From NCBI RefSeq assembly GCF_006345805.1, contig NW_021826746.1, forward strand, positions 1-12,087: a stretch of DNA of 12,087 nt, in the 5' to 3' direction. The notes beneath the pieces were generated by a model. It made no database searches. It saw only the letters and a list, made by a program, of their open reading frames with translations, and had not been told where the DNA came from. A program made the translations under genes and the position numbers. This stretch comes from Octopus sinensis. Taxonomy: Eukaryota. Below are positions 1 to 8,104 of this stretch, piece by piece. Positions within the stretch are counted from its first letter, which is position 1. Every line of letters starts with the position of its first letter.

Positions 1-649
1 CAAATGACACTTAAGGTTTTCCGTTGTTTCAGAAATAGTGATTCACTGAGATTTGCTGCACCTATGCAATTCGCCACCATTTAAAAACCAAAAAAACCCC
101 CCAAAAAACAAACAAATGCATCAGAAATCCCACACTCCCTGTGGCTGACCCCTTGATAAGATGTCCCTCTCCTGCAAAATTTTAGCTTCTTCTGTGCAAT
201 GCAACACTGTAGTCTTTCACTTGGAGCATGCAAACATACATGCGTACATGTGTGGTGGCTGTCAATTCGGAGACGCCTACGACCATCGCTGACAAATGAT
301 CTTACCCTAAATGTTAAAGTGAATGTCTGTCAGCAAGACCCGCGTGGAAACTGAAAGTCAGTAACAGGTTGCACAACACTGCTAAGAGTCTCACCTACAA
401 AACCAAGTCTCACTTAAAAACAAACAAGAAAAAGATCGCCAGCTTCCCGATGAGGAAGATGCTATTTCAGAATTTGGTTCCCTTAGAGAGATGCCTAAAC
501 AAAGGACTACGGTGTCTCTTATTCCCAACATTTGGTTGACCGTTGACTCTGTTGGATTAATCGCTGCTTTGATCGGATTTGTTTTCTGTCCCGCAGAGTG
601 TTCAGAGTGTTGAGCGAAGAACCGCCCTCCTGTGTAATCCAAGAAGGCT

Positions 650-865
650 TGATAGGGTTATCGTGGTTTCGATACCAGGACCGGGCGATACATTGTGTCC
701 TTCAGCGAAAAAAAAAAAGCCCAAAAAACTCCATTTTCCTTTGCTCTTACGACCACTTGGACATCTGACGAGTGGCACTCCATGGACCTGTATAAGCAAT
801 GTCGATTTGATGGATGGAGTGAGCTCATGTAGAACACTAACATTTGTGTAAACAAATGATCTGTG
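650..865 (+). mobile_element. Highly degenerate tRNA-derived SINE remnant (related to the 2657 family)
   Basis: ggtttcgataccaggaccgggcgatacattgtgtccttcagc (666-707) resembles the B-box plus tgtgttcttgagcaagacac segment of the 2657 and 3290 copies. It is interrupted by an A-run, and the boundaries are uncertain. Confidence 0.45.
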
Positions 866-870
866 CCGAT

Positions 871-1067
871 CAATGGGTCTCAACCGGGGTCCATAGGGTC
901 GTTAGGGGTTCACATGGACCTTAGGGGTTCGCATGGTCCTTGGAGATCCATATAAGATTTTGTTGTTAAAATTTATGAGCAATAATTTGGTCATACTTCT
1001 ACAATACACTCAATATTTTAACAATTTTTAAAAATACAATTCGTAATAATGTTTAATCATAAGAAAA
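871..1067 (+). mobile_element. Probable left arm of a hAT (Charlie/Ac-type) MITE, right end missing
   Basis: Starts caatgggtctcaacc, close to the CAGTGGTTCTCAAC terminus typical of hAT-Charlie elements. Three to four 19-bp subterminal repeats follow (886, 905, 924, 943), then an AT-rich body cut by the SINE at 1068. No matching right TIR seen. Confidence 0.55.
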
Positions 1068-1211
1068 TGTGGTAAGTTGCTTGCTTACGAACCACATGGT
1101 TCCAGGTTCAGTCCCACTGCGTGGCACTTTAGGCAAGTGTCTTCTACTATAGCTTCGGGCCGACTAAAGCCTTGTGAATGGATTTGGTAGGCGGAAACTG
1201 AAAGAAGCCCG

Positions 1212-1262
<51 letters not shown>

Positions 1263-1348
1263 GTGTGTGTGTGTGTGTGTGTGTGTGTTTGTGTGTCTGT
1301 GTTTGTTTCCCCAACATCGTTTGACAACCGATGCTGGTGTGCTTACGT
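1068..1348 (+). mobile_element. tRNA-derived CORE-like SINE family A, truncated at both ends, with internal (TA)n(TG)n
   Basis: Aligns with the copies at 6700, 7906 and 9166. It has a B-box-like ggttcagtccc and a CORE-like ggcaagtgtctt, an internal microsatellite at 1213-1297, and then caacatcgtttgacaaccgatgctggtgtg. Confidence 0.9.
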
Positions 1349-1536
1349 GCATGTTAGAAAGGGTTTTAATCAAAGAAATTTTTATTCTATTATTCTGTAA
1401 AATAATATTTAATTAATTTAAATGTTCAGAAATGCATAAAAGCAATTTTTAATTCCATTAGACATTCTAAAATACTATTAAATTTCATTCAATTTAAAAA
1501 AAGGTAAAAACGGACAGAACTTATGGGACAACATCG

Positions 1537-1556
1537 CACACACACACACACACACA
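1537..1556. repeat. (CA)n microsatellite
   Basis: Direct inspection. Confidence 0.95.
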
Positions 1557-1579
1557 TCTTCGTTCTTAAAGGTTGAACT

Positions 1580-1682
1580 TGAGGTCAAGTAGGCAACATT
1601 ATGATTTGAACTCGAAACACAAAGAACTAAAAGCAAGTACCAAAGGATATTCCGTCCGACCTTCTAACGATTCTGCCAATCC
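1580..1682 (-). mobile_element. Degenerate SINE family B head
   Basis: Reverse complement contains ggcagaatcgttag...cggacggaat...gagttcaaat, matching the gagttcaaattcc family at 5486. Confidence 0.6.
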
Positions 1683-1686
1683 ATTA

Positions 1687-1818
1687 CACTTTATTTACCG
1701 GCCCGGGAAGGAAGAAAGGCAAAGCTAACCTCGTCGGAGTCTGAACTCAGAATGCAAAGAACGAAAAACAAATACCAAAAGACATTCCGTCCGGCATTCT
1801 TAACAAGTCGGCCAGTCT
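1687..1818 (-). mobile_element. Degenerate SINE family B copy
   Basis: Reverse complement ttctgagttcagactccgacgaggttagctttgcctttcttccttcccggg aligns with ttctgagttcaaattccgccgaggtcgactttgcctttcatcctttcgggg at about 5536. Confidence 0.8.
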
Positions 1819-1827
1819 ACTGTACAA

Positions 1828-1960
1828 AACTGGTGTATTGTACTATTTATCGATCCCGGATGAAGCAAAGAAAATGTTTATTTCGACGATGTTTGAAAAA
1901 GCAATTATTAACCCCGACGAATTTCGTCCGATGCGCAGACAACTCTTCCGATTCCCCACC
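1828..1960 (-). mobile_element. Very degenerate SINE family B copy
   Basis: Reverse complement has cggacgaaat...ttcaaa...tccgggatcgataaatagtac, matching gggatcgataaattaagtac at about 5768. Confidence 0.5.
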
Positions 1961-2059
1961 TCTCCGTCAGCGTCTGGGGCTGTCATGTGATAAACAATTT
2001 ACAAAGACGAGAATTCGGATATAACACTAAACGTTCAAATAACTATTAACACTACCAGG

Positions 2060-2162
<103 letters not shown>

Positions 2163-2246
2163 AATATAAAACATATGCATACATACATATATGTACATAC
2201 CTACATCTATATGTATATATACACATGCTATATAAATATATATATA

Positions 2247-2568
2247 TGAGTACAGGACACTACAAATAACGGCCTTTTTTTAACAACGAAAAAACAGAGT
2301 ACAAGACAAACAATACAAGGAATATTCCCCTTCATCAGCTGTCCCTGGTTCGACTCAATGCGTGTTTCGAAGGTAAGGGCAGAACACGATCCGGCCGAAG
2401 GAGTCCTTCCTGAAAAATGAATTAAATAAAATTGTTTTGCAGAGGGGTAAAAAAAGTAACAAGAACAGGACGTAAAAGCAATAAAAATGAAGAAAAAAAA
2501 CACTACACATAAAGAATAAAAACAGGGCAAGGAAACCAGCCTAGACGGTGGAAAAATTCGTTGGAACG
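2247..2568 (-). mobile_element. (TA)n-embedded interspersed element, possible Penelope-like terminal fragment
   Basis: Flanked by (TA)n on both sides (2233-2246 and 2570-2620). The minus strand contains GAAAC...GTC and CTGATGA. Its architecture resembles the 11895 element. Confidence 0.45.
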
Positions 2569-2569
2569 C

Positions 2570-2620
2570 ATATATATATATATCTATATATATATATATA
2601 TATATATATTAATATATATA
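2570..2620. repeat. (TA)n microsatellite
   Basis: Direct inspection. Confidence 0.95.
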
Positions 2621-2656
2621 GGCATGCGCGCGACGTGTATATATGTATGTATGAAT

Positions 2657-2951
2657 GAGCTTGGCTCAGTGGTTAGGGCGGTGCTGTTACAATCATGAGG
2701 TAGTAAGTTGATTCCTGGAGCAGGCTGTGTGTTGTGTTCTTGAGCAAGACACTTTATTTTCACGTTGCTCCAGTTCTACTCAGCTGGAGAAATGAGTCGC
2801 AATGTCACTGGTGCCAAGCTGTATAGGTCTTTGGTTTTTCATTGGCTAACATCGTGGCAAGAGAGAGGAGGGTGGTATGCATGGTTGACTGCTGGTCTTC
2901 GATAAAACAACCTGCCCGTGTAATGATCATGACAGGAGGGCGTCTTTACCC
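2657..2951 (+). mobile_element. tRNA-derived SINE family C, near full length
   Basis: A-box tggctcagtgg (2662-2672), eroded B-box gttgattcc, and CORE-like tgtgttcttgagcaagacac. About 91% identical over 100 bp to the inverted copy at 3290-3387. Confidence 0.85.
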
Positions 2952-2952
2952 T

Positions 2953-2990
<38 letters not shown>

Positions 2991-3025
2991 ATATATATAG
3001 ATATATATATATATATAATATATAT
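2953..3025. repeat. (TA)n microsatellite at the SINE 3' end
   Basis: Direct inspection. Confidence 0.95.
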
Positions 3026-3289
3026 AAATAGATGTGTGTATTTCCCTTGTTAACAACACGAAAAAATAGATAATAGTTACCATAGTAGTAAAAAATCACA
3101 CAAGTAAAAAGGGTGCAACTCCTTGTTTTTAAAGGTAGAAACTCTGAGTTTATGTGAAATTTTTTGTATAACTCATATAAATAAATAAATAAATGGAGTT
3201 AGAAGCAGGTGTTATTCAAATTCTTTTACTTCCGACACATGTTTCAAAGATATCACTGGTATTATTCCAAAGGAATAAAATGGTGTAAA

Positions 3290-3438
3290 ACAGCTTGGCA
3301 CAAGTGACATCGCAACTTATTTCTACAGCTGAGTGAACTGGAGCAATGTGAAATAAAGTGTCTTGCTCAAGAACACACCACACAGCCCTGCCCGGGATCA
3401 CTATTGTAAGCCTGACTCTCTAACCAGTGACCCATGCA
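3290..3438 (-). mobile_element. SINE family C copy, inverted and 3' truncated
   Basis: Reverse complement ggctgtgtggtgtgttcttgagcaagacactttatttcacattgctccagttcactcagctgtagaaat matches 2723-2822. Confidence 0.88.
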
Positions 3439-3442
3439 CCTT

Positions 3443-3482
3443 CACACACACACGCGCGCACACGCACGCACGCACACGCACA
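3443..3482. repeat. (CA)/(CG) mixed microsatellite
   Basis: Direct inspection. Confidence 0.9.
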
Positions 3483-3621
3483 TTTCTCGAAGGATAAATA
3501 GAAAACGAAGCATATAAATGCTTATTCCTGTGACCTGTGCATTTTGAATTCAATTTCCGCTTCTTATTATCGCTGGGAAAGGAAATCAAAAAATAATTTT
3601 TGCGTTTCTGCCAAGAATCGC

Positions 3622-3820
3622 GAGAGGTTGGAGTGCGGGCAAGGCAGAACGGGCAGGAGATTGGAGTGCAGGCAGAACACTAGAGTGCAGGAAAAGCAGA
3701 CGGGCAAGAGGCTGGAGTGATAAGGAAAGCGGTTAAGAAGTTGGTGTGCTGTAAAGGCGGAGCCGGTAAGAGATTAGGGGTGCGGTGTGTAAGACGCTGG
3801 AGTGCGAGTAAGGCAGAGCG
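3622..3820. repeat. Degenerate purine-rich minisatellite, about 7 units, modal period about 33 bp
   Basis: The ggagtgc-like core recurs at 3630, 3663, 3682, 3714, 3743, 3777 and 3799. Approximate consensus aagaggttggagtgcgggtaaggcagagcgggt. Confidence 0.8.
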
Positions 3821-4415
3821 TATAATGCCTATGAATAGGGAGGTTATTTTCGGATGGAGACTATGGCATTTATTTGTGTAGCCATAGTACCGTCTTAGAC
3901 ATTTTTTTAGTTTCTTTTCTCCACCATGGCCTTGGTTATGCTTCGGCGTGGGCTTAGACGTCAAATCCCAGTGGCTCACTTCGGAGCCAATAAAAATAAA
4001 GTCCCATTAAAGTAATGGCGTAGATTTTACCGTCTGATTGCGCGCCACTATAAATTCTGGCCTCGTGCGAGTGTTTGAAATCTATATTATTAATATATAT
4101 TTATCTTATTGTTGTATTTTTCTTTCTCCATTTGACGCCATGTTGTGTTTCTCAATTTCAGACAAAATAATTGTTGTTTGTTTTCGTTTTTTTTTATTGA
4201 TTTCAGCTTCAATTCTTACCAAGATTTCTGAAGTAAATTAAGTTTTGTCTACCTCATCACATCTATGCCAATTTTTTTATCTTGCCATTACTTCTAAAAC
4301 ATCATTATTTCGTATTATTAATGTTTTATTCCGCTTGTATTTCGTTTGTAATCTGTTTCTCCGTGTATAGTTTCTCTGTCATTTGGTTGTCATCTCTCTG
4401 CAGCCTATCTACTCA

Positions 4416-5131
4416 ATCTGTGGTCCTTGTATGTTCCAAATGTTGTCAGTTCATCGTCTGCCAGCATTCCGTTTGCAGTTAATCTGTAATCCACTTGTAA
4501 TCCGCCTGTTGCCATACTGTCATTCGTCTGTACTCCATTTGCATTCAACCTATAATTTGCCCTTACTGCGTCTGCTATTCGTCTGTGGTCTGTTTGTTGC
4601 CCGTCTCTTAGTTGACTTTTGTTTATTTGTAGTCCATCTGTATACTGCTTCAGTTCGTCTGTTGTTCACCTATGTCGTGCCTGTTACTCGTCTATGGTCC
4701 ATCTGTTGCCCGTCTGTGGTTTGTTAATTTTCGGTCTGTAGCAACTCTGATGTCTATCTGTAGTCCGTTTCTGGTTCGTCAGTTGTTCATTTCAAGATCG
4801 ATTTTAGTCTGCATGTAGTCCGCCTGCGTTCTACCTGTGGTCCGCCTGTGGTAAGCCTTTGGTCCGCCTGTGGTCTGCCTGTGATCCGCCTGTGGTCTGC
4901 CTGTGATCCGCCTGTGGTCTGCCTGTGATCCGCCTGTGGTAAGCCTGTAGTCCACCTGTGGTCCACTGTGGTCCACCTGTGGTCCACCTGTGGTCTGCCT
5001 ATGGTGCGCCTGTGGTCTGCCTGTGCTCCGTTTCCGTGTTCGTCAGAAGTCCATTTTTTTAGTCCGTATGCATTCCTCTTGCCATCCGTTTCCGTTCAGT
5101 TTCAGGTCTGCATGTGATCCGCCTGTAGTCC
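4416..5131. repeat. 11-bp minisatellite (about 65 units) with a homogeneous core and diverged, in-phase flanks
   Basis: Consensus RYCTGTGGTCY. The core at about 4832-5028 is near-perfect and includes a 22-bp higher-order unit (tccgcctgtggtctgcctgtga x3). The flanks keep 11-bp phase with very few indels. Confidence 0.95.
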
Positions 5132-5239
5132 ATTTCTATTCTCTCCTAAGTAAATATAAATAAAAACGATATCTCTTCAAGTTTTAATTAAATTTTTGAT
5201 CACAATTTTCTGCTTGATTATATTTATACATGTCTATGC

Positions 5240-5380
5240 TTGATGGATTGCTGCCACCTTACTATTTATATATTAATGTCGATATTTGATGGAATGTTGC
5301 CACTGTACTATATACGTCTATTTCTCTTGGATCGTTGCCACTGTATTTATTTATATGTCATGGAATGATGCCATGTACTC
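5240..5380. repeat. Four copies of an approximately 20-bp motif (gatggaatgttgccactgta) separated by AT-rich spacers
   Basis: Motif starts at about 5242, 5288, 5327 and 5359. Confidence 0.7.
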
Positions 5381-5485
5381 AGTGTTGATTATTTCACGAC
5401 TGTTTATATTGTTGTTGTTAATGCTTATCCTCAGATTAGCCTATAATCAAATTCATTATATCAGTGGCTATCCACTTTTTTCTTT

Positions 5486-5883
5486 AAAGGCGACGAGCAG
5501 ACGAAATACTTAGCGATATTTCGTCTGCCGTTACGTTCTGAGTTCAAATTCCGCCGAGGTCGACTTTGCCTTTCATCCTTTCGGGGTCGATTAAATAAGT
5601 ACCAGTTACGCACTGGGGTCGATATAATCGTCTTAATCCGTTTGTCTGTCCTTGTTTGTCCTCTCTGTGTTTAGCCCCTTGTGGGTAGTAAAGAAATAGG
5701 TATTTCGTCTGACGTTACATTCTGAGTTCAAATTCCGCCGAGGTCGACTTTGCCTTTCATCCTTTCGGGATCGATAAATTAAGTACCAGTTACGCACTGG
5801 GGTCGATGTAATCGAGTTAATCCCTTTGTCTGTCCTTGTTTGTCCCCTCTATGTTTAGTCCCTTGTGGGCAATAAAGAAATAA
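5486..5883 (+). mobile_element. SINE family B head-to-tail dimer with 17-bp target site duplication
   Basis: Two 184-bp-period units (5517-5698 and 5701-5882), each with a B-box gagttcaaattcc. Flanked by tatccacttttttcttt (5469-5485) and tatctacttttttcttt (5884-5900), 16/17 identical. Confidence 0.92.
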
Positions 5884-6146
5884 TATCTACTTTTTTCTTT
5901 TTTTTTTTAGAAATAACGTAGGTAGGATTAAATTAGTCGATATGTCCTTTTTTTTCTTAAAGAATCTCGGAGATTTGGCTTCTATTTCAAGCAGGTTAAG
6001 CTATCACCAAAAGGATCCTTCGTTGATTGGTCTAACTGCGATCCCATTCAGTGTAATTTTGTTTCTAATATACGGTTATGGGTCACTAAAGAGCGATAAA
6101 TAGCAGGAACACCGGATTAAATGCATTCCAATGTTGAATAACCTCC

Positions 6147-6225
6147 CTTTACGTTCCGAGTTCGAATCACATCAAAGTCAGCCTTTCCTTTCACCCTTCC
6201 AGGATTGATAAAAGAAATACTAATC
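6147..6225 (+). mobile_element. Degenerate SINE family B fragment
   Basis: ttacgttccgagttcgaatc...gcctttcctttcacccttccaggattgataaa aligns with the 5486 monomer. Confidence 0.6.
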
Positions 6226-6699
6226 AGGGGCCAATGCTCCCTCTGAAGCATTGACCATCGACGACATTTCTTCACTGTTCTCGACTCCGGACTGTATTTT
6301 GTGCTCTTTCTCGCTTGGATCCCTACTTTTTCAGCCCCACTTCGGTATCCCGCCCCAAGAATTCTTAGGACGCCATTTCTTCCACACCCGTCACAGGTCA
6401 CCAATTAAATCAATGATCAGCCCATCAAATCAACCGTTACTTTCCTACTGCTAGGTAAAGTTTTCACACTTCCATTTCTATCGTTTTCACTTTTGGTTGC
6501 TCATTCAATGACTCCCCCCCTTCAACTCCGTCCTATTCGTCCCTATTCGAAATGTTCTTAGCTTCTTGCAAAGTCTTTTGTCAGCTTCCATATTTTTGCA
6601 ATGTAAGGAAGCGTCGGAGGTCTAAGAATGAGTACGAATAAATACATGGACATATGAATAAATGAATTGATAAATAATAATATTATAATAACTTTAGAT

Positions 6700-6871
6700 G
6701 CAGGAGTGGTTGCGTGGTAAGACGTTTGCTTACCAACCACATGATTTCGGCTTCAGTCCCACTGTGTAGCACCTTGGGCAAGTGTCTTCTACTATAGCCT
6801 CAGGCCGACCAAAACCTTGTGAAGGGATTTGGTAGACGGAAACTGAAAGAAGCTCGTCGTATATATGTATG

Positions 6872-6911
<40 letters not shown>

Positions 6912-7050
6912 GTGTGTGTGTTTGTCCATTCCACTATCGCTTGACAACCGATGTTGGTGTGTTTGCGTCCCCGTCACTTAGCGGTTCGGTAAAGCGAGAC
7001 CGATGGAATAAGTACTGGACTTGCAGATAATAAGTCCTGAGATCGATTTG
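6700..7050 (+). mobile_element. SINE family A, 3' truncated
   Basis: Colinear with the 9166 copy from caggagtgg to aataagtcctgagatcgatttg. Internal (TA)/(TG) tract at about 6861-6922. Confidence 0.92.
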
Positions 7051-7136
7051 TTAATCTTGAGCTACACGGATAATCTCTATCTATTCCATTTCGGTATTTA
7101 CCGTTATTTTCTGCCCAGCCTTGAGAAGAGCATTCA

Positions 7137-7655
7137 TAGTTGATCATAGGGAACCAGAGACATATAATTAGTTGTTCGTTACTGTCAGGGTGATCCATAA
7201 TTTGTTCGGGAGTGCCAGGATTATTCTCGGTTATTCGTGGATACCACGCAATATGTTCGTTGTTGTCAGGGACAATTTCATTTTTTAGTGATTATCATGG
7301 ACACCTGAGTGCTTCCTAATTGTCCCTGTTTGACAGCGAAATTCCATATTTGCTTGTGGTTGACATTGAGACCCCTTGTTCGTCATTGACAAAAACAGCC
7401 CCTAGTTGGTTGTGGCCGATAGGGTCAGCCCTCGTTGTTCTTTGATGGCAAAGGTACACTCTGTGGTTGACAGGAGCACCCCTAGTTGTTCGTTGTTGAC
7501 AAAGATGTACCCTAGTATTTTTTTTGTAGTTGACACGGTACCACTAGTTGTTTGTGGTTAACAAGGACCCCCTTAAATGTTCCTTGCTGAGAAGGACCCC
7601 CTAAATTTTCGTAGGTGACAGGGACAGTTCTAGTTATTTTTTTGTGGTTTGACAG
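7137..7655. repeat. Degenerate 29-30-bp minisatellite, about 17 units
   Basis: Approximate consensus tagttgttcgtggttgacagggacacccc. Unit starts include 7169, 7198, 7403, 7483, 7513, 7545, 7573, 7602 and 7631. Confidence 0.85.
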
Positions 7656-7762
7656 ATGATGAGAACTGGATGCGGGTTCCAGCATGTTCAGATTATGTCT
7701 GTCGAAACAGACGATGTGATTTGAAAGAATGCAATGACAGAAAGATAACACTTACACATTTG
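7656..7762 (+). CDS. Candidate internal coding exon (107 bp, phase 1 to phase 0), Cys-rich peptide, product unknown
   Basis: Acceptor ttatttttttgtggtttgacag| and consensus donor TTG|gtaagt. One frame is open throughout: (D)DENWMRVPACSDYVCRNRRCDLKECNDRKITLTHL. Unique sequence between repeats; no family recognised. Confidence 0.4.
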
Positions 7763-7796
7763 GTAAGTGGAAGCGATTCTATATTACTGCAGACTA

Positions 7797-7852
7797 ACCA
7801 CGCACGCGCACGCACACCTGCGCGCATATATATACATATATATATTCACATA

Positions 7853-7905
<53 letters not shown>
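7797..7905. repeat. Compound (CA/CG)-(TA)-(CT)n-(TA)n microsatellite
   Basis: Direct inspection. It lies where the internal microsatellite of the inverted SINE at 7906 is expected. Confidence 0.9.
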
Positions 7906-7906
<1 letters not shown>

Positions 7907-8054
7907 ACGACGGGCTTCTTTTAGTTTCCGTCTACCAAATCCACTCACAAAGCTCTGGTCGGCCCGAGGCTATAGTAAAAGACACTTGCCCAAGGTGCCA
8001 TGCAGTGGGACCGAACCTAGAACAATGTGGTTGGTAAGCAAGCTACTTACCACA
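7906..8054 (-). mobile_element. SINE family A 5' half, inverted
   Basis: Reverse complement is about 85% identical (22 mismatches in about 148 bp, counted by hand) to 6716-6862. Confidence 0.92.
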
Positions 8055-8063
8055 AAACCACTC

Positions 8064-8065
<2 letters not shown>

Positions 8066-8104
<39 letters not shown>

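Noticed and set aside
764-782. CTGACGA followed by a GAGTG/CACTC hairpin (hammerhead-like start)
   Set aside because: No downstream GAAA or cleavage helix.
391-883. Overlapping ORFs 391-642, 579-851, 602-883 and 658-873, plus an acceptor-like cccgcag at 596 and a gtgagc donor near 818
   Set aside because: No recognisable domain, they overlap on both strands, and those extending past 650 run through a SINE remnant and an A-run.
1085-1416. ORFs rich in TH/YI/CV dipeptides (also 2839-3099, 6792-6977, 7767-8966)
   Set aside because: These are translations of (TA)n, (TG)n and (TACA)n microsatellites and SINE bodies.
2657-2730. tRNA gene (also the heads at 6700 and 9166)
   Set aside because: A/B-box-like motifs only, no cloverleaf, and contiguous with SINE bodies.
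3228-3275. Minus-strand GAAACATGTGTC, resembling the GAAA-helix III-GUC half of a Penelope hammerhead
   Set aside because: No CUGANGA-like core or convincing helix II upstream; at best an unprovable remnant.
4383-4987. ORFs with 11-aa repeats (TTGGPQADHRQ etc.)
   Set aside because: An automatic consequence of the 11-bp period. No frame is open across the array.
4766-5050. Two minus-strand CTGACGA-N4/5-GAAA motifs
   Set aside because: No room for helix II and no helix I; chance products of the minisatellite.
5240-5380. CRISPR-like repeat-spacer appearance
   Set aside because: Eukaryotic context, degenerate repeats, irregular AT-rich spacers and no cas genes.
6335-6454. Possible exon bounded by ctactttttcag| and tag|gtaaag
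   Set aside because: All three frames contain a stop and no homology was recognised. It could only be a non-coding exon.
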